Positions 47,091 through 60,957 of a stretch of DNA of 64,000 nt are shown here, one piece after another; the first letter of the stretch is position 1; the number at the start of each line of letters is the position of its first letter. The translations under genes were made by a program, and so were the position numbers. This DNA comes from Balanoglossus misakiensis. Lineage: Eukaryota; Animalia; Hemichordata. The stretch lies in assembly GCA_040954595.2 (NCBI GenBank), contig CM082592.2, positions 3,736,735 to 3,800,734 of the forward strand, read 5' to 3'. The notes under the pieces are model-generated. The model saw nothing but the letters and a program-made list of their open reading frames with translations, did no database searches and was not told where the DNA came from.

Positions 47091-47936
47091 TCACTTGAAT
47101 TTGAACATAGTGTTCCACGAATTTGTTTCTTTGAAGCCTATTTTGGCGTGCATGACAATTGACGTCTGGTTTAATACGTTTACTTTAACGAACGGGATTT
47201 CTCCAGCCTCGTGTAGGATTTGGGCCAACTTAGCTGTCAGAATGGTGGCAAAGCCCCGACGTTGGTAACCGGGTGCTGTGTATGTGTTGCCGATGTCGCC
47301 CCACTCCTTGACGGTGACCCAGGAGACCGGGTGCCCGTGCTCGTTGTAGATGGCGAGGGACCGCTGGTACCTGATGGTGTTCTCGTACGACTCCACGGCG
47401 TGGGGTGGTCCATAGGTGTCCCTGTATGCGTCGCGTATTAGCCTGCCGTGCTCGGGTTCCAGCGGGGCTATCCTGTAGTTCGCCGGGATCTCCCTTCTTG
47501 CAGCCAGGTCCACCGAGTCGAGGCGGTCCAGAATATACGTGTGCGCCGGTCCAATGACGCACAGATCCAACCCCATCTCGTCGACCAGCTCAGCGATGAC
47601 ATCGATCGCCAGATTCTCACAGTTTATCGAAATCTTGTCGTTCCCCCTCACGTCAAAGACACCGGGTCGTCTGATGAGAACGCGTAGTCTCTGCGCATCC
47701 ACCGTGTAGCAAACATGCCACTTTTCCCTGCCGTCTCTCGTCAGTGACCACACCGCCACCACGCTGGTCACTTCTTTCACATCCCCGCTGTCCACGTAGA
47801 CGTCCAAATTTGGCCAAGCGTTGTTCGTTCTGTGGCTGTTCTTCATCAGATAATACACATTCAAAGATTGTGGCATCCCTTTCTTCAGCTTTTCAATCAA
47901 CGCCGGCAAATCGGATGATGTCAACTTTACCGCCAT
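47091..47936 (-). CDS. Glycine N-acyltransferase-like GNAT (GLYATL/FR47-type), single coding exon
   Basis: PQSLNVYYLMKN N-terminus; GHPVSW...GNTYTAPGYQRRGFA acetyl-CoA motif A; N...S..MHAKIGF; splice acceptor just upstream of aaaATGg. Confidence 0.85.
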   Translation of the reverse strand: MAVKLTSSDLPALIEKLKKGMPQSLNVYYLMKNSHRTNNAWPNLDVYVDSGDVKEVTSVVAVWSLTRDGREKWHVCYTVDAQRLRVLIRRPGVFDVRGNDKISINCENLAIDVIAELVDEMGLDLCVIGPAHTYILDRLDSVDLAARREIPANYRIAPLEPEHGRLIRDAYRDTYGPPHAVESYENTIRYQRSLAIYNEHGHPVSWVTVKEWGDIGNTYTAPGYQRRGFATILTAKLAQILHEAGEIPFVKVNVLNQTSIVMHAKIGFKETNSWNTMFKFK

Positions 47937-48132
47937 TTTGGCCGTTGGCTGTGCTGACAAAATAAATGTTTAAGTATGTATTTTTTGCCAATATGACATA
48001 TTTGTATTTCACCCAACCTTTCACATGTGGGGCGAATAGTCGATTTATAAGTGTCATTCAATCGGTCGGAACACTACAACCCATAGCTCTCGTTTGTTCA
48101 GGTACGTGGGCTAATGTCGATCGTACCGATTG

Positions 48133-48224
48133 ACTGTCTGTCTATATGTCTGTCTGTCTGTTTGTCTGTTTGTTTGTTTGTTTGTTTGTTTGTTTGTTTG
48201 TTTGTTTGTTTGTTTGTTTGTTTG
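48133..48224. repeat. (TGTC)n(TGTT)n microsatellite
   Basis: Read directly from the sequence. Confidence 0.9.
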
Positions 48225-48606
48225 TAACAGGTGAGCTAATTTCTTACCTTGTATGAAAAAGCGAGCTAAACAGGAATTTGGTAAAAGGTGACTGATATAT
48301 ATTGATCTTAGATAGTGACACCCATTCGTATTCTAAAGTTCATACATGTACGTCAAACAAGTGATTGTACACTTCACATATTCGATGGAAATTTCATCGT
48401 GCTTCAGGATTGCGGACAAGAAGGTAAAGAATTGCAGACAAAACAATACCCTGGAAATTAGCCAATACGGCTAATCGGTTCATAACGTAACTACACATTC
48501 AGGTAGTGGCTAAAACTAAGAGTGTTTTTATACTTACCGTGTCGGTCAGTTGGTGGCTCGAATGTTGGTACTGGGAGCTGTACAAGCCACAAAGACACCC
48601 TACCCC

Positions 48607-49094
48607 TAGTCTCGGTTACCCAGACGCCTTTGCTTCTTCCGATTTACCCAGACGCCTTTGCTTCTTCCGATGCTCTCCAGAAAAAGGGTCTGGGGAAATG
48701 CTATTGAAAGCTTTGTAAAACAAAATGGCCGATGTCAGGATTTTGATCATCGCCTGATTGGCTGAGCTGTCAGTATGACCCGGGTCACTGACTGTCGACA
48801 ATGTGTGATTATTTGTCGTATCTTCATATCAAGAGACCAGTACTTGTTGGTTGATGCGAAAGGCAAAAGGCGTCCTCTGTTAGCATTGTTGGAGAAATTA
48901 TATGAAATATCTTTGGTAGACGATTGTCGAATCTATTGCAGTGACCCGGGTCATACTGACAGCTCAGCCAATCAGGCGATGATCAAAATCCTGACATCGG
49001 CCATTTTGTTTTACAAAGCTTTCAATAGCATTTCCCCAGACCCTTTTTCTGGAGAGCATCGGAAGAAGCAAAGGCGTCTGGGTAACCGAGACTA
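48607..49094. mobile_element. Non-autonomous DNA transposon (MITE) with 156-bp TIRs and a 9-bp TSD; Academ(H)-like termini
   Basis: TAGTCTCGGTTACCCAGACG...CGTCTGGGTAACCGAGACTA, flanked by CCCTACCCC at 48598-48606 and 49095-49103. The left TIR carries a 28-bp internal duplication. Confidence 0.9.
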
Positions 49095-51971
49095 CCCTAC
49101 CCCCAGAGTTGTTCACAGTCTGCAATGGCCTGTTTGATTAACATGGCTTGTTTTGGGCAGAAAGGTCAACCCGAACTCTTTTATGTTCACAGTTGCTATC
49201 GCTAGTATCAGTGACATTGGGGGCAAATGGCAGACGTGACGTCATTAAGTTTTTTGTAAGCTGGCCATTGATATCATATGTCACGTATGAACGGACTGCA
49301 AAGTACTTTAGCCCCAAAGTCATGGTGCTTGGAGTATAGCGTTGGTCAATTATTGACATGGGTACATATAGGGTCTAATATGTCGATAAGGTTTTTATAA
49401 TACTGCCGACAAGGGCAAAATGCCGCTTGATGCTACTCATCGAATTTTCAACGACGGACTGTGCGACAATTGAGAGTAGGCTAAAATCTTATCAACACTG
49501 CATTCGGGTCAGGGCCGGTGTAGGCCTGAGCTCTTGCATATGAAGTGCAATTTTAGCTGGCGTTGATCACGTGAGCTAAGGTCGCGCTGATGTCTGTCTG
49601 TCTGTCTGTCTCACTGTCTGTCTGTCTGCCTGTAAGTCTGTCTATCGACATCGATGCTTATGAACTGCTTGAAGGATTGGGGTTAAACTTGGTGTACAGC
49701 TACAGGTACAGTTTTGAAGTGACGAGAACTGGTGAGACTGTTATTCGGGAAGTCACAGCGCCCTCTATTAACATGCGCATTAAATCTAGTGTTTTTAGTT
49801 ATCTCGTTTCTCAACTTTACAAGTACATGTACGTACAACATAATGTGGAAAACTGGACCTGTCGTCAACCTCATGCATTGACTTGGGACAATAATTTTGC
49901 TGAATTGTCATTCAAATTTATATCATCATATAAAAACTATAGCATGAGAGTGCTGACTCAGCACCCCCCCCCCCCCAATATTTTAGACCCGTAACTGAAA
50001 AAGTAAGATGGGAACACCCCAGTTTATTTCCTTTTCTTTAATTATTTAATTCCACTGATGTACAGCATATATAAAGATCGGGAAAATGACAATATTTAAA
50101 ATTTTGAGTAGTCCGTAACTTCAATTGCAAAACATGCGTTACTAATATACTATATAATCGTAACCGACAATTATGTGTAGAATTTTTCTTCTTGAAAGAC
50201 ACCGAGTGCTGGATAATCCTTTTCATGAAAAGTTACATAACTCTCAGATAATTTCCGTGTCATGGAATTTTCTCCTGATAATGTTTTTCCCTTTTGTTCT
50301 GTGTATATCAACTATCATTACGTGTCATAATCTTTTTCTTCCAATAAAATTGCCTAATAATCGGATGGTCGACCCAGTCTTTATGTGCATATGCACTGTT
50401 TCATTATCAGAATTACTACCGCTCATCATTAGAGATATTACTGTGCTGATACATGCCTCTGGCTGTGTACAAGATTTTTGGAATTGACACGCAAGTCTAG
50501 AAAATAATCAAAGTATTAATCCAATTTTGTGTTTTGCATTTGTCGCCGAATCAGTCAATATTCTATGCCACCAAATCTCTTAGCGGTGAAGGACAAACCA
50601 CAACCGCTAGTGGCCAGCTCCCTGTTGTCAATTAACGTTTGTACGACCTTGCGAAATATCGTTGCGGTTGCTTTTAATTTTGACAATACTTTCGACGACT
50701 AAATGTTTAATACCCAATTGCAGCACTTTTAAAACTTTCTGGCCCCGGTTTTATCATAGCGTCACAGGGTTTACGTCTGAGAGAGTAAAAATAAAAGGTT
50801 GATACGTTACTACATTACTCGATTTTGTCCGCAGTGTACTGTATTCACAGAGCAATAGAATAATACAGTACATGTACCAGTATATGCCAATTCCTTTTAA
50901 TTTTGGGAAATTTAATGCGAACTCATTATCATATGAATGGCCGAAAAAATAAATCAATTAATTATTGCTATGTAAATTAACCACATTCATGTATTAGAAG
51001 TTACGGGTTAGAACAGTACACAGTACCATGGTACTACCACCTCCATGACTGTACATACACTATTAATAGTGTCATTACTGACGTTTTGATGAGGGACGTG
51101 AAACCGTTTTTATAATTCCCTCCCCCTGTCGGTGGTGTTTGCGAATGCTACGTAACTGCACATTCTTACATTGATGGTGCTTTAACATAAATAAATTGAC
51201 GGCTTTTACACAATGGTCAAGCTACGGCACTTGTCATTGCGCGCGATGCATATGAATGACTGGAGACAAAGGTGGTTGTGTCCGCAAACAACAGCAAGAC
51301 AGAGCGGAAATCACTGCATGTCGTCACAAGAAAGGCTAGTTCAAAGCATTGGTGTGTTATGTCAGTGAAATATTCACTACTGCTCCCATCTTTGTCAAAG
51401 TTTACCCCCCCCACCCCCACCCCCCCCCCCCGATTTCACCGGGCATGTCAAACCGGTGACAAATCTCTGGTGGTGAAACTCGTCATTTCGTTGACTGCGC
51501 AGTAGTGGTTGTTACCATGTCGGCAGCTGGGATGAAGGCACCAACCACTGTCCCTCTGTCACAGGGACTTTGCACAAACAGAGCTACACAGTGCAGTAGG
51601 GGAAATGTCAAAACGGTAAATCTTGCACTCGTACCCAAATTTGCTAAACTCAACAGTTACTTCCAGTATGGGCTACAGGTTAGCCTCTGTACTCATCAAA
51701 TCTTGGAAGCAAAAAACGTATGTTATCATTCAGCCCCCTCCCTCCCCCCCCCGATGATTAGTGGTGGATCCCTGACCCTGGAGATACGGGGCGTACTTTC
51801 GCAGGTGGAGACGTCCACACATAGAATTAGCAGGTGACCATTCATCGTCAACCGATGTTACGAATTATTACGCAACGCTATTTGTTCACTGGCGATTCTC
51901 TGATCGATCACTTTTGGGAGACACACCCGTCCACACCACGAGAGAGCAGCGCCTACGACCGGCGCGCAATC

Positions 51972-53213
51972 ATGTTTCCCCAAACCCTGAAGAAAGCCAA
52001 ATTCCTTTCACTGGTAGCGTTTCTGGCGACAGTCGCGCTCCTCCGCGTCGGCTGGCAGTCCAACGGGAAGTGTAGCGCCGGTACCTGCAACACCATGCCG
52101 CCACCGGCGCCCCGAAGCCACGGTAAGCGAAATGGCGACTCCACCGCCTCCGCTAATACCAGTACTGTCGTCCGCTCTTCTTATCTGGCACCCCTGCCCG
52201 TACTGGACGTTTCCATCGACTGCGCTCGCGTTCTGGCCGACAGGAACGCGATCAACGCCAGGGACTGCCGGGCCAACGATATACTGCTGAGGGCCTGCCC
52301 GCCGACGGCTCGCCACGGGAGGAGGCCGCTGGACAATTTCTACTTGTCGTTCGAACGACAGCACGTGACCCACTTCAAAGAGTTCGCCAAGGACTACAGG
52401 GAGGCCAACATCGCGTTCGTACATTTGCCAAAAAGCGGCGGCACTTCAGTTGAGAAGGTCCTCATGGACACACCGTCTCTGGCATACAAGGGCAGACGCG
52501 GCGGGGTACAGCTGGGCCACTGCCGGGACTTTCACAAGGCCGCCCGAAGGGGCTACGCACGCAGCGGGAAGGCCATGTACTACTCCAAGAGAAGTTATGG
52601 AATACATCACTATGCATACCCGGACAGACCGTTCGCCTACGTCACTTGGTTCAGACACCCCGTGGAGAGAATCGTGTCAACGTTTTACTATCTTAAAAAA
52701 CACAGGTGCTTCGGGGTTCATATGCTCTGCAAGAAGTTGTTACTGCCGAGTAAAAGCCTGACCGATTATCTGAAGCAGACTGAAAAGTATAGCCAGTCGT
52801 TGCAGGATATTGATAATTACAGTGTTCGGTTATTGATTTACGAGGAGTTTCCCGAAGTGCTCACCTCGTTCGAAGACTGCTGTGGTTCCACTACCGACCA
52901 CAGGAAGATTCCAGTCATCGAAGAAAAACACTATCTGCGAGCCAAGGAAAATCTGGAGCAACGCATGGCGTTTGTTGGTTTGCTGGAAGACTGGCAGACA
53001 TCACAGGACATGTTGACGCTGATGTTCAACATCCACAGTGACGACCAGGAGGTCCACGTCAACGGAAACTCGCACAGGACACAACTCAGCGACTACGAAC
53101 TGAATGAAATCGAGAGGCGAAATCACTGGGACTTAAAGTTGTACGAAGACGCCCTTAAAATCTACGAGAAACAGAAAGAAGTGTATTTCAAATTGAGAGA
53201 GCAGTTGAAATAA
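51972..53213 (+). CDS. Golgi type II membrane carbohydrate sulfotransferase (Gal3ST/HS6ST-like), intronless
   Basis: N-terminal TM FLSLVAFLATVALL; 5'-PSB FVHLPKSGGTS; 3'-PB FRHPVERIVSTFYY; AKENL...FVGLLE and N.WDLKLY motifs. Confidence 0.9.
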   Translation: MFPQTLKKAKFLSLVAFLATVALLRVGWQSNGKCSAGTCNTMPPPAPRSHGKRNGDSTASANTSTVVRSSYLAPLPVLDVSIDCARVLADRNAINARDCRANDILLRACPPTARHGRRPLDNFYLSFERQHVTHFKEFAKDYREANIAFVHLPKSGGTSVEKVLMDTPSLAYKGRRGGVQLGHCRDFHKAARRGYARSGKAMYYSKRSYGIHHYAYPDRPFAYVTWFRHPVERIVSTFYYLKKHRCFGVHMLCKKLLLPSKSLTDYLKQTEKYSQSLQDIDNYSVRLLIYEEFPEVLTSFEDCCGSTTDHRKIPVIEEKHYLRAKENLEQRMAFVGLLEDWQTSQDMLTLMFNIHSDDQEVHVNGNSHRTQLSDYELNEIERRNHWDLKLYEDALKIYEKQKEVYFKLREQLK

Positions 53214-56200
53214 CAGCATCAGCAATGATCGCCGTTGGATTTTAAATTTCAGACGGAGAAAGCCTTGAGTTTATGTACTGTGTGGGCGAGGCAATGTTGA
53301 CATGTGTTCTTCGTTTAAATTTGTTTATACATGTAGGTGATCGTGAAAGCTCACCCGAACACCGCAAGTCGAGGTCAAGGGTTAATGAGCAACACATATC
53401 GATCGTTCTATTGTTTTATTGAAGGTGTGTATTGTTCTTTATAACGTATGGGTTAAGATTTTTTCATCGGAGCAACTGTGTTGTTCTGTGGATCACAAAT
53501 TACATGTATAGAGTGACTCCTATTTTCCAGCCTGAATGTATTGTTGGTGAAGATAGGGATCAGTTTCGATCTGTCTGCACGTCCTTGCACCCATCAATCG
53601 TTTTCGACGTATGAAATTTGAGTTATTTTTTCAAAGTTAAACCTGTACTTGAAATTACCATCCTATACTTACGCAATCATGCGTCTAAACCACAACTTTC
53701 TCCCACAACGTCGCCCTTTCCAGTTTATATCATTGTCTTTTATCTGTTTGTGCTTTTGTCAAACATAAAACGTGTAGTCATAGGTGACGCTGAATGTTGA
53801 ATAGGAGTAAACCATTTTGATCGAGGGGTGGGGGGTTGATGAGTTATTGAAAATATATGTTGCCGGTAAACATTTCCAGGGAGGACAAAATTGCTAAGAT
53901 GCAACTTGGCTGATACATATTTGTTTTCAGTGATCTCTGGACCTGTCGTCTGCGGCGGCATCTGTGAGCAAATTTTATGCTGCAATTGTCAATCCCTCGT
54001 TCTCTTTTCTTTTGAAGTTGACATTGGCGTTTAACATTTTGTTTCATCGCCACTTTTATTGCGAAATAAATGGAGTACAAGTAAACACCAATGATATGTC
54101 GTATATTGTACATGTATCGATAAATGAAATTTTTCGTAGAAGAAAACGGAACTGTGACTCGATTTCGGAAAATCCATCCGTGATGTGATATTCTTAGCAC
54201 GTGCAGCTATAACTCGTATCTTCAGTCATATTTGTTGACACTGACTTAGTGTTCCTGTTTTAAATAAACGATTGATGAACTGAAGTGTGTGAAATGTCGG
54301 GGGGGGGGGGGAAACGATGAAAATTGTCGGTGTGATCACTGACAAAGAGAAAGACCCACAATCGCGTGCCGGGAGATTACACACACGCGATCAGTAATAG
54401 GCCACTTTCATGGCCAATGAATGACCTTACATGACATCATGCAACGTTACGCACAACATTGATCTTTCTCAATCAGCCCAGCCTTACATTCCGACATAAA
54501 AGTTCCCAAATCAATCAAATTCCAACTAGAAAGTTCTCTCATTGATGGAAACTTCCATCAGAATTCAGTCCGGCATTGTTCATCATAGTTCTCTCCATTG
54601 TTCATTGTTCTGATAATTCCATTGGATCATACATGGAATACTAATATTCCTTTCTCTAATTGTTCCTGATCGAATGATAATTTTTCTACGTGCTTATTGA
54701 ACAATGATATTACTATGTCATATACATATTTAATCAAAACCATGTGAAAAATATTAGTCAGCAGATTCTAATCCACCTTCGATTAATCATCACTCAGGTG
54801 TAATAAAATGTTATTTGGGAGTAATTCAATATTAATGTGGTCCAAATTTGAGCACTGTCCTCTCCTGGTCAAACCGTAGACTCGCTCAAGGTGGTGAGGG
54901 TCACGCGCAGAGCACCATGGGGGGTCCAACATGAGTAAGCGTTCATTTGACTTCAGGCTGGCCTCGAGTACACACGTCAGCAGTGTCTGGACGATCACTT
55001 TCTTTGAACCTTTTACGTAGGATATTTTGATTTTTGTGACACCGGACATTTAGTTGTGCACATATTGGTACCAAGTTCGTTCTCTGTGATATTTTCGGCT
55101 CGCTTGACGTTTTTAACCGTCTATTCGGATCGATGTACTGGCCGCGGGGCTATGTGCATACGTCGACGGGGCGTAGCTGCATGATGGCCGCCGAGCGTGA
55201 AAAGCTTTACCGTAGGCCAACATAACATTGCAGCTTTTCTATTCGTTCTATTACAACTCAGTTTTCTTCTCAAATATGTACAGAATTTTTTTAAACCCCA
55301 CTCCAAACCGCAAATAAACGAAAAACAGAAGACTTCTTTTTATTTTACGCACAATGAGTACAAGAAACCTACATGCATGTTTGTAAATATGTGGTTAGTT
55401 ACGCAAGTCAAACGGCGCGCGTCCTTAACTACCACATAAAAATCGTATGTAAGTGCTTGAAAGAAAATTTTACTGCCACTGGAATGGTACTGAAGTGAGC
55501 ATAATGTCGTTGGTCTTTTTCAGGAACGTGTTGACTGTAATAGGGTTATTCTAAAATTTAGTATTACAGTAAGTTGCGATCACCACGGCCTTCACATACG
55601 GATAGGGAATATGTTGGGCGCCTATTATATAGTACAGTTTCTAAATAAGGTGAAATCGATAAAATAAAAGGGGTTGCTTTGGGGCTCCCATGCAATTTCA
55701 CACACATTACATATTAGTCTTTCAAAATATACAAATAACAAAGCTGTGCTACCGCTATTTAGTCTGCCTGCTAACTTCAAACTACGTCGCCCGAGTACGA
55801 TCGTTGGCAACAGTACGCCATGATGCCAGCTGACATATGGAGTGGAAAAACACCAAAAATCGCGACTCGGAACAAAATCGACAGTACTTTCCTCACAGAA
55901 CGATGCTAACATACATGAACTTACAAAAATTCGATTGGTTTTTCGTTCGATAGGAGTTTCCTTTACATAACCTACGAGAACATAAGTCGATTGCGCACAG
56001 AAAGCTACACGCGTGACACTGCTGGGTCGACCATGTTTTGCTGAGTTAAACCGGAAGTGACGTCGTGACCCTCACCACCTTGACTCGCTCATAGCTGATG
56101 CGCCCTCAACGGTTTGACTGCCGACTGGACCGGTTTGCAAGCCGGGGAAAGTTGACAGAACGCAGAGGGCGCAAATTCGATAAGAGGTGACACTCGATAG

Positions 56201-57710
56201 GAATGCTGGTCTAGGGGCGATTTTATGAAGAGACAAGTAATAATTCGGTACTTCATAAGTGGAGATACTGACACGTAAGAGGAGTGTTGTCGACTTCTCT
56301 CAATTTAAAATAAAAGACAGTGTTGTCGACTTCCGTCAAAATAAAAGACACATGTGAAGTCTAGACTAGTCTGCGCAAGCATTCAATTCAGAGAAAGACT
56401 ACAAGTGTTCTACTGAACGAACAAAGCCATTATTTTGGGCGGCAAGGGTGGGGGAAAAACTGTAAACACTAGATGATGTATTCTACTAGTAAGCAGATAT
56501 GAACTGACTTTGTTGTAGGTATAAACCACATCAGTGACTGTATGATATTTTGGACAGAAGAATATTACCTCAAAATAACGGTCAAAATCTTGAATTTCTG
56601 AAACCAAGATGATGGAATTGTATGCGTTTGCAACCGTACAAGATTGAATATACTATTATTAATAGTAAATATTTTTTTTCCATCTTAGTCATAAGTTCGA
56701 GTTGATACCAAAGTAAACAGACGCACCCAGGTTTTGTACACAACCTATTGTGAAAATTTGGCGCAAGTCATCACTGACTGCATACCTTATCATTGGGACA
56801 ATGAGTTATTTCATGTCTTTGTCGTGTGTGGTACGTGCATCGTCGTGGCCGTGTGATAGATCGTTCGCTCGATATTGGCCATCCGTGCCACTGGACACCG
56901 TCTTCAACCCACACATTTCAGTGGGGAGGATTCGGTAGTTGCAAATTACTGGACATGCATGCATGGATTTGAGGGAATGGGAAATCATGGGTCAAGTAAA
57001 ACACTTCCATGTCTGGCAATGGATGCATGAAGAGGAACTGGGGAACAACGAAGAAACACAGAAACACGTCAACGCCACCGCCAGTTCACGATCCGGAAAA
57101 ATGTACATTCACTACACGATGCTCACTTGATGGTCAGATAAAAACAATGCTCTGTTGTGTTGTGTTGGGCAGCCACTAATCAAATATAGATCGAGTAATT
57201 GTAGACTAAATGTAACAGGAACGATCATTCCGAAGATAAGCGATTGTCTGCTGAAATACATTCATTAAAATTCAATTGCCATTATAATGATATGTGTCAC
57301 AAATAAACCAAAGCTAAAATTAAAACTTTAGCAGATAGTTATACTAGTAAATGGTGATTAGAACCAGAGCTCGCAAAATTGTGGGTAATAAAGCGATAAG
57401 AACTCTGCGTGGAGTGTGTGAATAACAGACTAAAGTTACGTTAGTCATACTTTTTTTGAGCAAGCAAATATTCACTTCCCGCACGATGCTTTCTGGTACA
57501 AGTACGAGCCCGTTCATTTGTCATCGCCGAATTTACATGTCCTGAGAAGTCCGATGTATTTGTTATTCTTGCGCATGCGCAATTCCATAAGATAGCCAAT
57601 CTAAACTTAGTCGGGATCTATTTGGACATATTTAACCAGAGAGGGTCCCAGGGGTAGTAACACTTTTTGATAGCAGCGTTGTAGTCTGGAAAACACACAG
57701 AATTGACAAG

Positions 57711-59085
57711 ATGCGTATCTACATACAGATTTGTGTTATGGTTGTCATGACTTCGATGCTTCTAACACACGTTACCGGTGAGTATACAATTGGTTTGTAT
57801 AAGTTAACTTGACAATGTTTTAAACTGTTCTCAAGAAAACGAACCGCGCCATCGTAAATTCTTTTGACATTAGAATCCAAAGTATGTCAAATCGACGACA
57901 AATGTCCTCCTGGATTGTTAATTTCCCTTTTCCTTTGGACGATAAACACAATTAATTCTTTTCAACTTTAAAAGTCGTAGTGTCATAGAAGTGAACAGAG
58001 AACAATTTTAACGCTTAGTCATAAGGTTAAGTTGGCGTCAAGAGGTTGCCGGACGCACCCAAGGAATCAGCAATGGCTGTCATGAAAATTGGACATCAAT
58101 CATCGCAGTATTGACCTCTCAAGACAGTTTACATGTTTTTGTGTTTACCCGAAGAGGACCACCATAACTACTTCCAATGTTGATGTTTTCGTGGCTGCGA
58201 CCGAAAGAAACGCGCTCGTTACCAGGGAAAATTCACGTAGCCCGGACACTCAAAAACCAGAAAGTTTCAGCAAATTTTCTCACATGCGCTGCCCTAAGAA
58301 ACTCCGAGTGGTCAAGTTTGGGATGAGCATGCGCGGTTTAAGGTCAAGCGATGATCATGAACCTATACAGTAACAGTGGGTTGAATTCCAAATACCAGCC
58401 AATCCTTGTGTGGGGGATTTCATTTGGAAGGGAAATGCAATGGCTGATTTGTTGTAAGAATTAATAAGTTTTAAAGAACCGTTTTGCTGAAGATTCCCAC
58501 AGGGTAAAATCTTATCTGAAAGCCGTTAGCATACATAGTAAGCTAAGTAGGTCCCACGGTCCACTCCGCGACGTATATCAAATTACATGAAGCAATGCGT
58601 TCTTCACCACCAGCACTATACACATGTACACATCACATCACTCGACCGTAATTTATTTGTCTGCCTGTTTTTTTTTCTTTTTCATAGTTATGTCTTGAAC
58701 TGCCTAATATAATAACTTCAAAGGATATAAAAACACTATGCTATCTTTGGTTATGTAATATTTGATGGCATGCTCTGGGATTATTCAAGGTTGAGATAAT
58801 TCGGCCAGTAAAGATTGTACGGTACCAGCCCGTATAGGCCAACTGAGATATGGTGTACGGCTTATAAGGACCTAGTTGTCAAGGAGAGGGGCGAAGGTCA
58901 ATTTGTCATCTGGAATCTACGCTCGTATACATAGATCACTGTAGATGCTGAGTGTGTAGAAATTACAGTAACAAGTGTGATTAATAGAATCTCACACTCC
59001 CAAGGACCTGGGGTCCGATTTCCAGCACAGGGAATTGAGGAATAGATCGTTTTGTGTTTGTTTGTTTGTTTGTTTGTTTGTTTGT

Positions 59086-59123
<38 letters not shown>

Positions 59124-60905
59124 GAGAAAGAACCATGTATGTGTTTGCGTTTTACGGAAAATAATTCGAATTAAACTTCCGATGTTTCTCCTAGGTAACG
59201 CCGAGTGTTCCTTTAATGAGACTACGTACTTGGACGACTGCGGTCATGGCTGTTTAAATGGAGGGACATGTCAAGTCATTCCTGGCGTTCCTGAAGACAG
59301 TTCCTGCACTTGTCCTGATGGGTTTACCGGACAGTATTGTGATATAGGTTAGTTTAACCCTTATCCAATGCGTCTCTGTCAATGAAATCAAAACAACACT
59401 TTTTTTTTCTCCCCGACCTAATACAATATGAACAGTTATATGCAAGTTCTGATATTAAAATCTAAGCCTACCTTGATTAAGATCACGGAGTTTTAAAAAA
59501 TGCTGGAGGATATAGAAAGTGCTTATTCGTCCTCGGATAAGTATCTCATTTGCATACGACTATTGGCGCAACACGGGAAGCAAAACAGTGTATAACACAG
59601 TATACAGTAACACAGTACATGTATACAGTACAGTACAGTACAGTACAGTACAGTACAGTACCGATTGTTTACATCATATCTGTATGTTTACCTTACACAG
59701 AGGTCATACTTTGCGATGAAACTGACTGCTATAATGGAGGCACGTGTAATAATAATGACCCAAATGACATCTACTGTGATTGTCCATCTGGATTTACCGG
59801 TGGGCTCTGTGAAACGGGTAAGGATTTGATGAAAGATTCTATTATTATTTTTTCAGACACTCATTGCGCCACTTGTGTGTGAATATTGTTAATCAAAGTT
59901 GGTCTCTGTCTCTCCTTAAGGCGCAATAGCTTATGTTTGTGTTTTGTCAGATTTATACGTTACAGCTACTGGCTTTTGTTTACCTGTTCATGGTAACATA
60001 GTCTTTGACAGAAAAAATCTTAAAATGGATATGCTATTTTTGTTAATATTGGCAATGCTTACTTATGCAATATTGTCAAACGGTACTCAATCATCTGTGT
60101 CATTCATTCTTTGTGTTTATTATATGAGATATTAACATTATTGATTTGCAACCGACTTGCAGCCTATTGTCCAAATTTACTAAATTTTACGGATTTCGAG
60201 GACTGTTACCAGCATTGCGCCGTGCCGTAGCTGGGGATAGTCGATCCATAATGTTGGCGAAGACTGCATTAGACAGTTGTGAAATTGGTAAACCTATTTT
60301 TCGTATGTTATGACGTCACAGACATGCGCTGTTCGCCAAGTAACCCGTGTCTCAATGGCGGCACTTGCCAGAATGAAGACTGTAGCTGTCCCGAAGGTGT
60401 GAGCGGTTATCTCTGTGATACAGGTGAGCTATATCCTCAAACATAATTTGATATCCTCCGCGAGAAGTAAGTTTGGTTTCGGCCACTGATGGTTATTTAT
60501 GACATTATTTATGGACTGTGCCATAAAGCAGCATTCTGCACGGCCCTGACTAAGTCGTGTATGAGTCTTGAATACGCCAGAATACCCAGAAGGACACTGG
60601 GCGAGCTGATGTCTGCGTTTTGAAATCTCACACCTGTTCCACTGTGCTTATCCTGTAGTGTACGCTGAATGTGGTTGTCATCCAGACATAGATTGTCCAT
60701 CTGAAACCTCTTGTCCATGTTGTCTGGTTGGAGAACTGTGCGAAGTGGAAGAGGAACCAACAGATGAAGCACCAACTGGAGAAGCGCCAAGTGAAGGTGG
60801 GCCTATCGGCTGGTTGGTTGGTTGGTTGGTTGGTTGGTTGATTGACTGACTGACTGACTGACGGACTGACTGACTGACTGACGGACTGACTGATTGATTG
60901 ATTGG

Positions 60906-60957
<52 letters not shown>

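Noticed and set aside
48506-49137. Two ORFs sharing the peptide SDPGHTDSSANQAMIKILTSAILF on opposite strands
   Set aside because: An artefact of the MITE's inverted repeats, not a gene pair.
58960-59035. tRNA or SINE-like B-box (GGTCCGATTTCC)
   Set aside because: No convincing A-box or cloverleaf structure.
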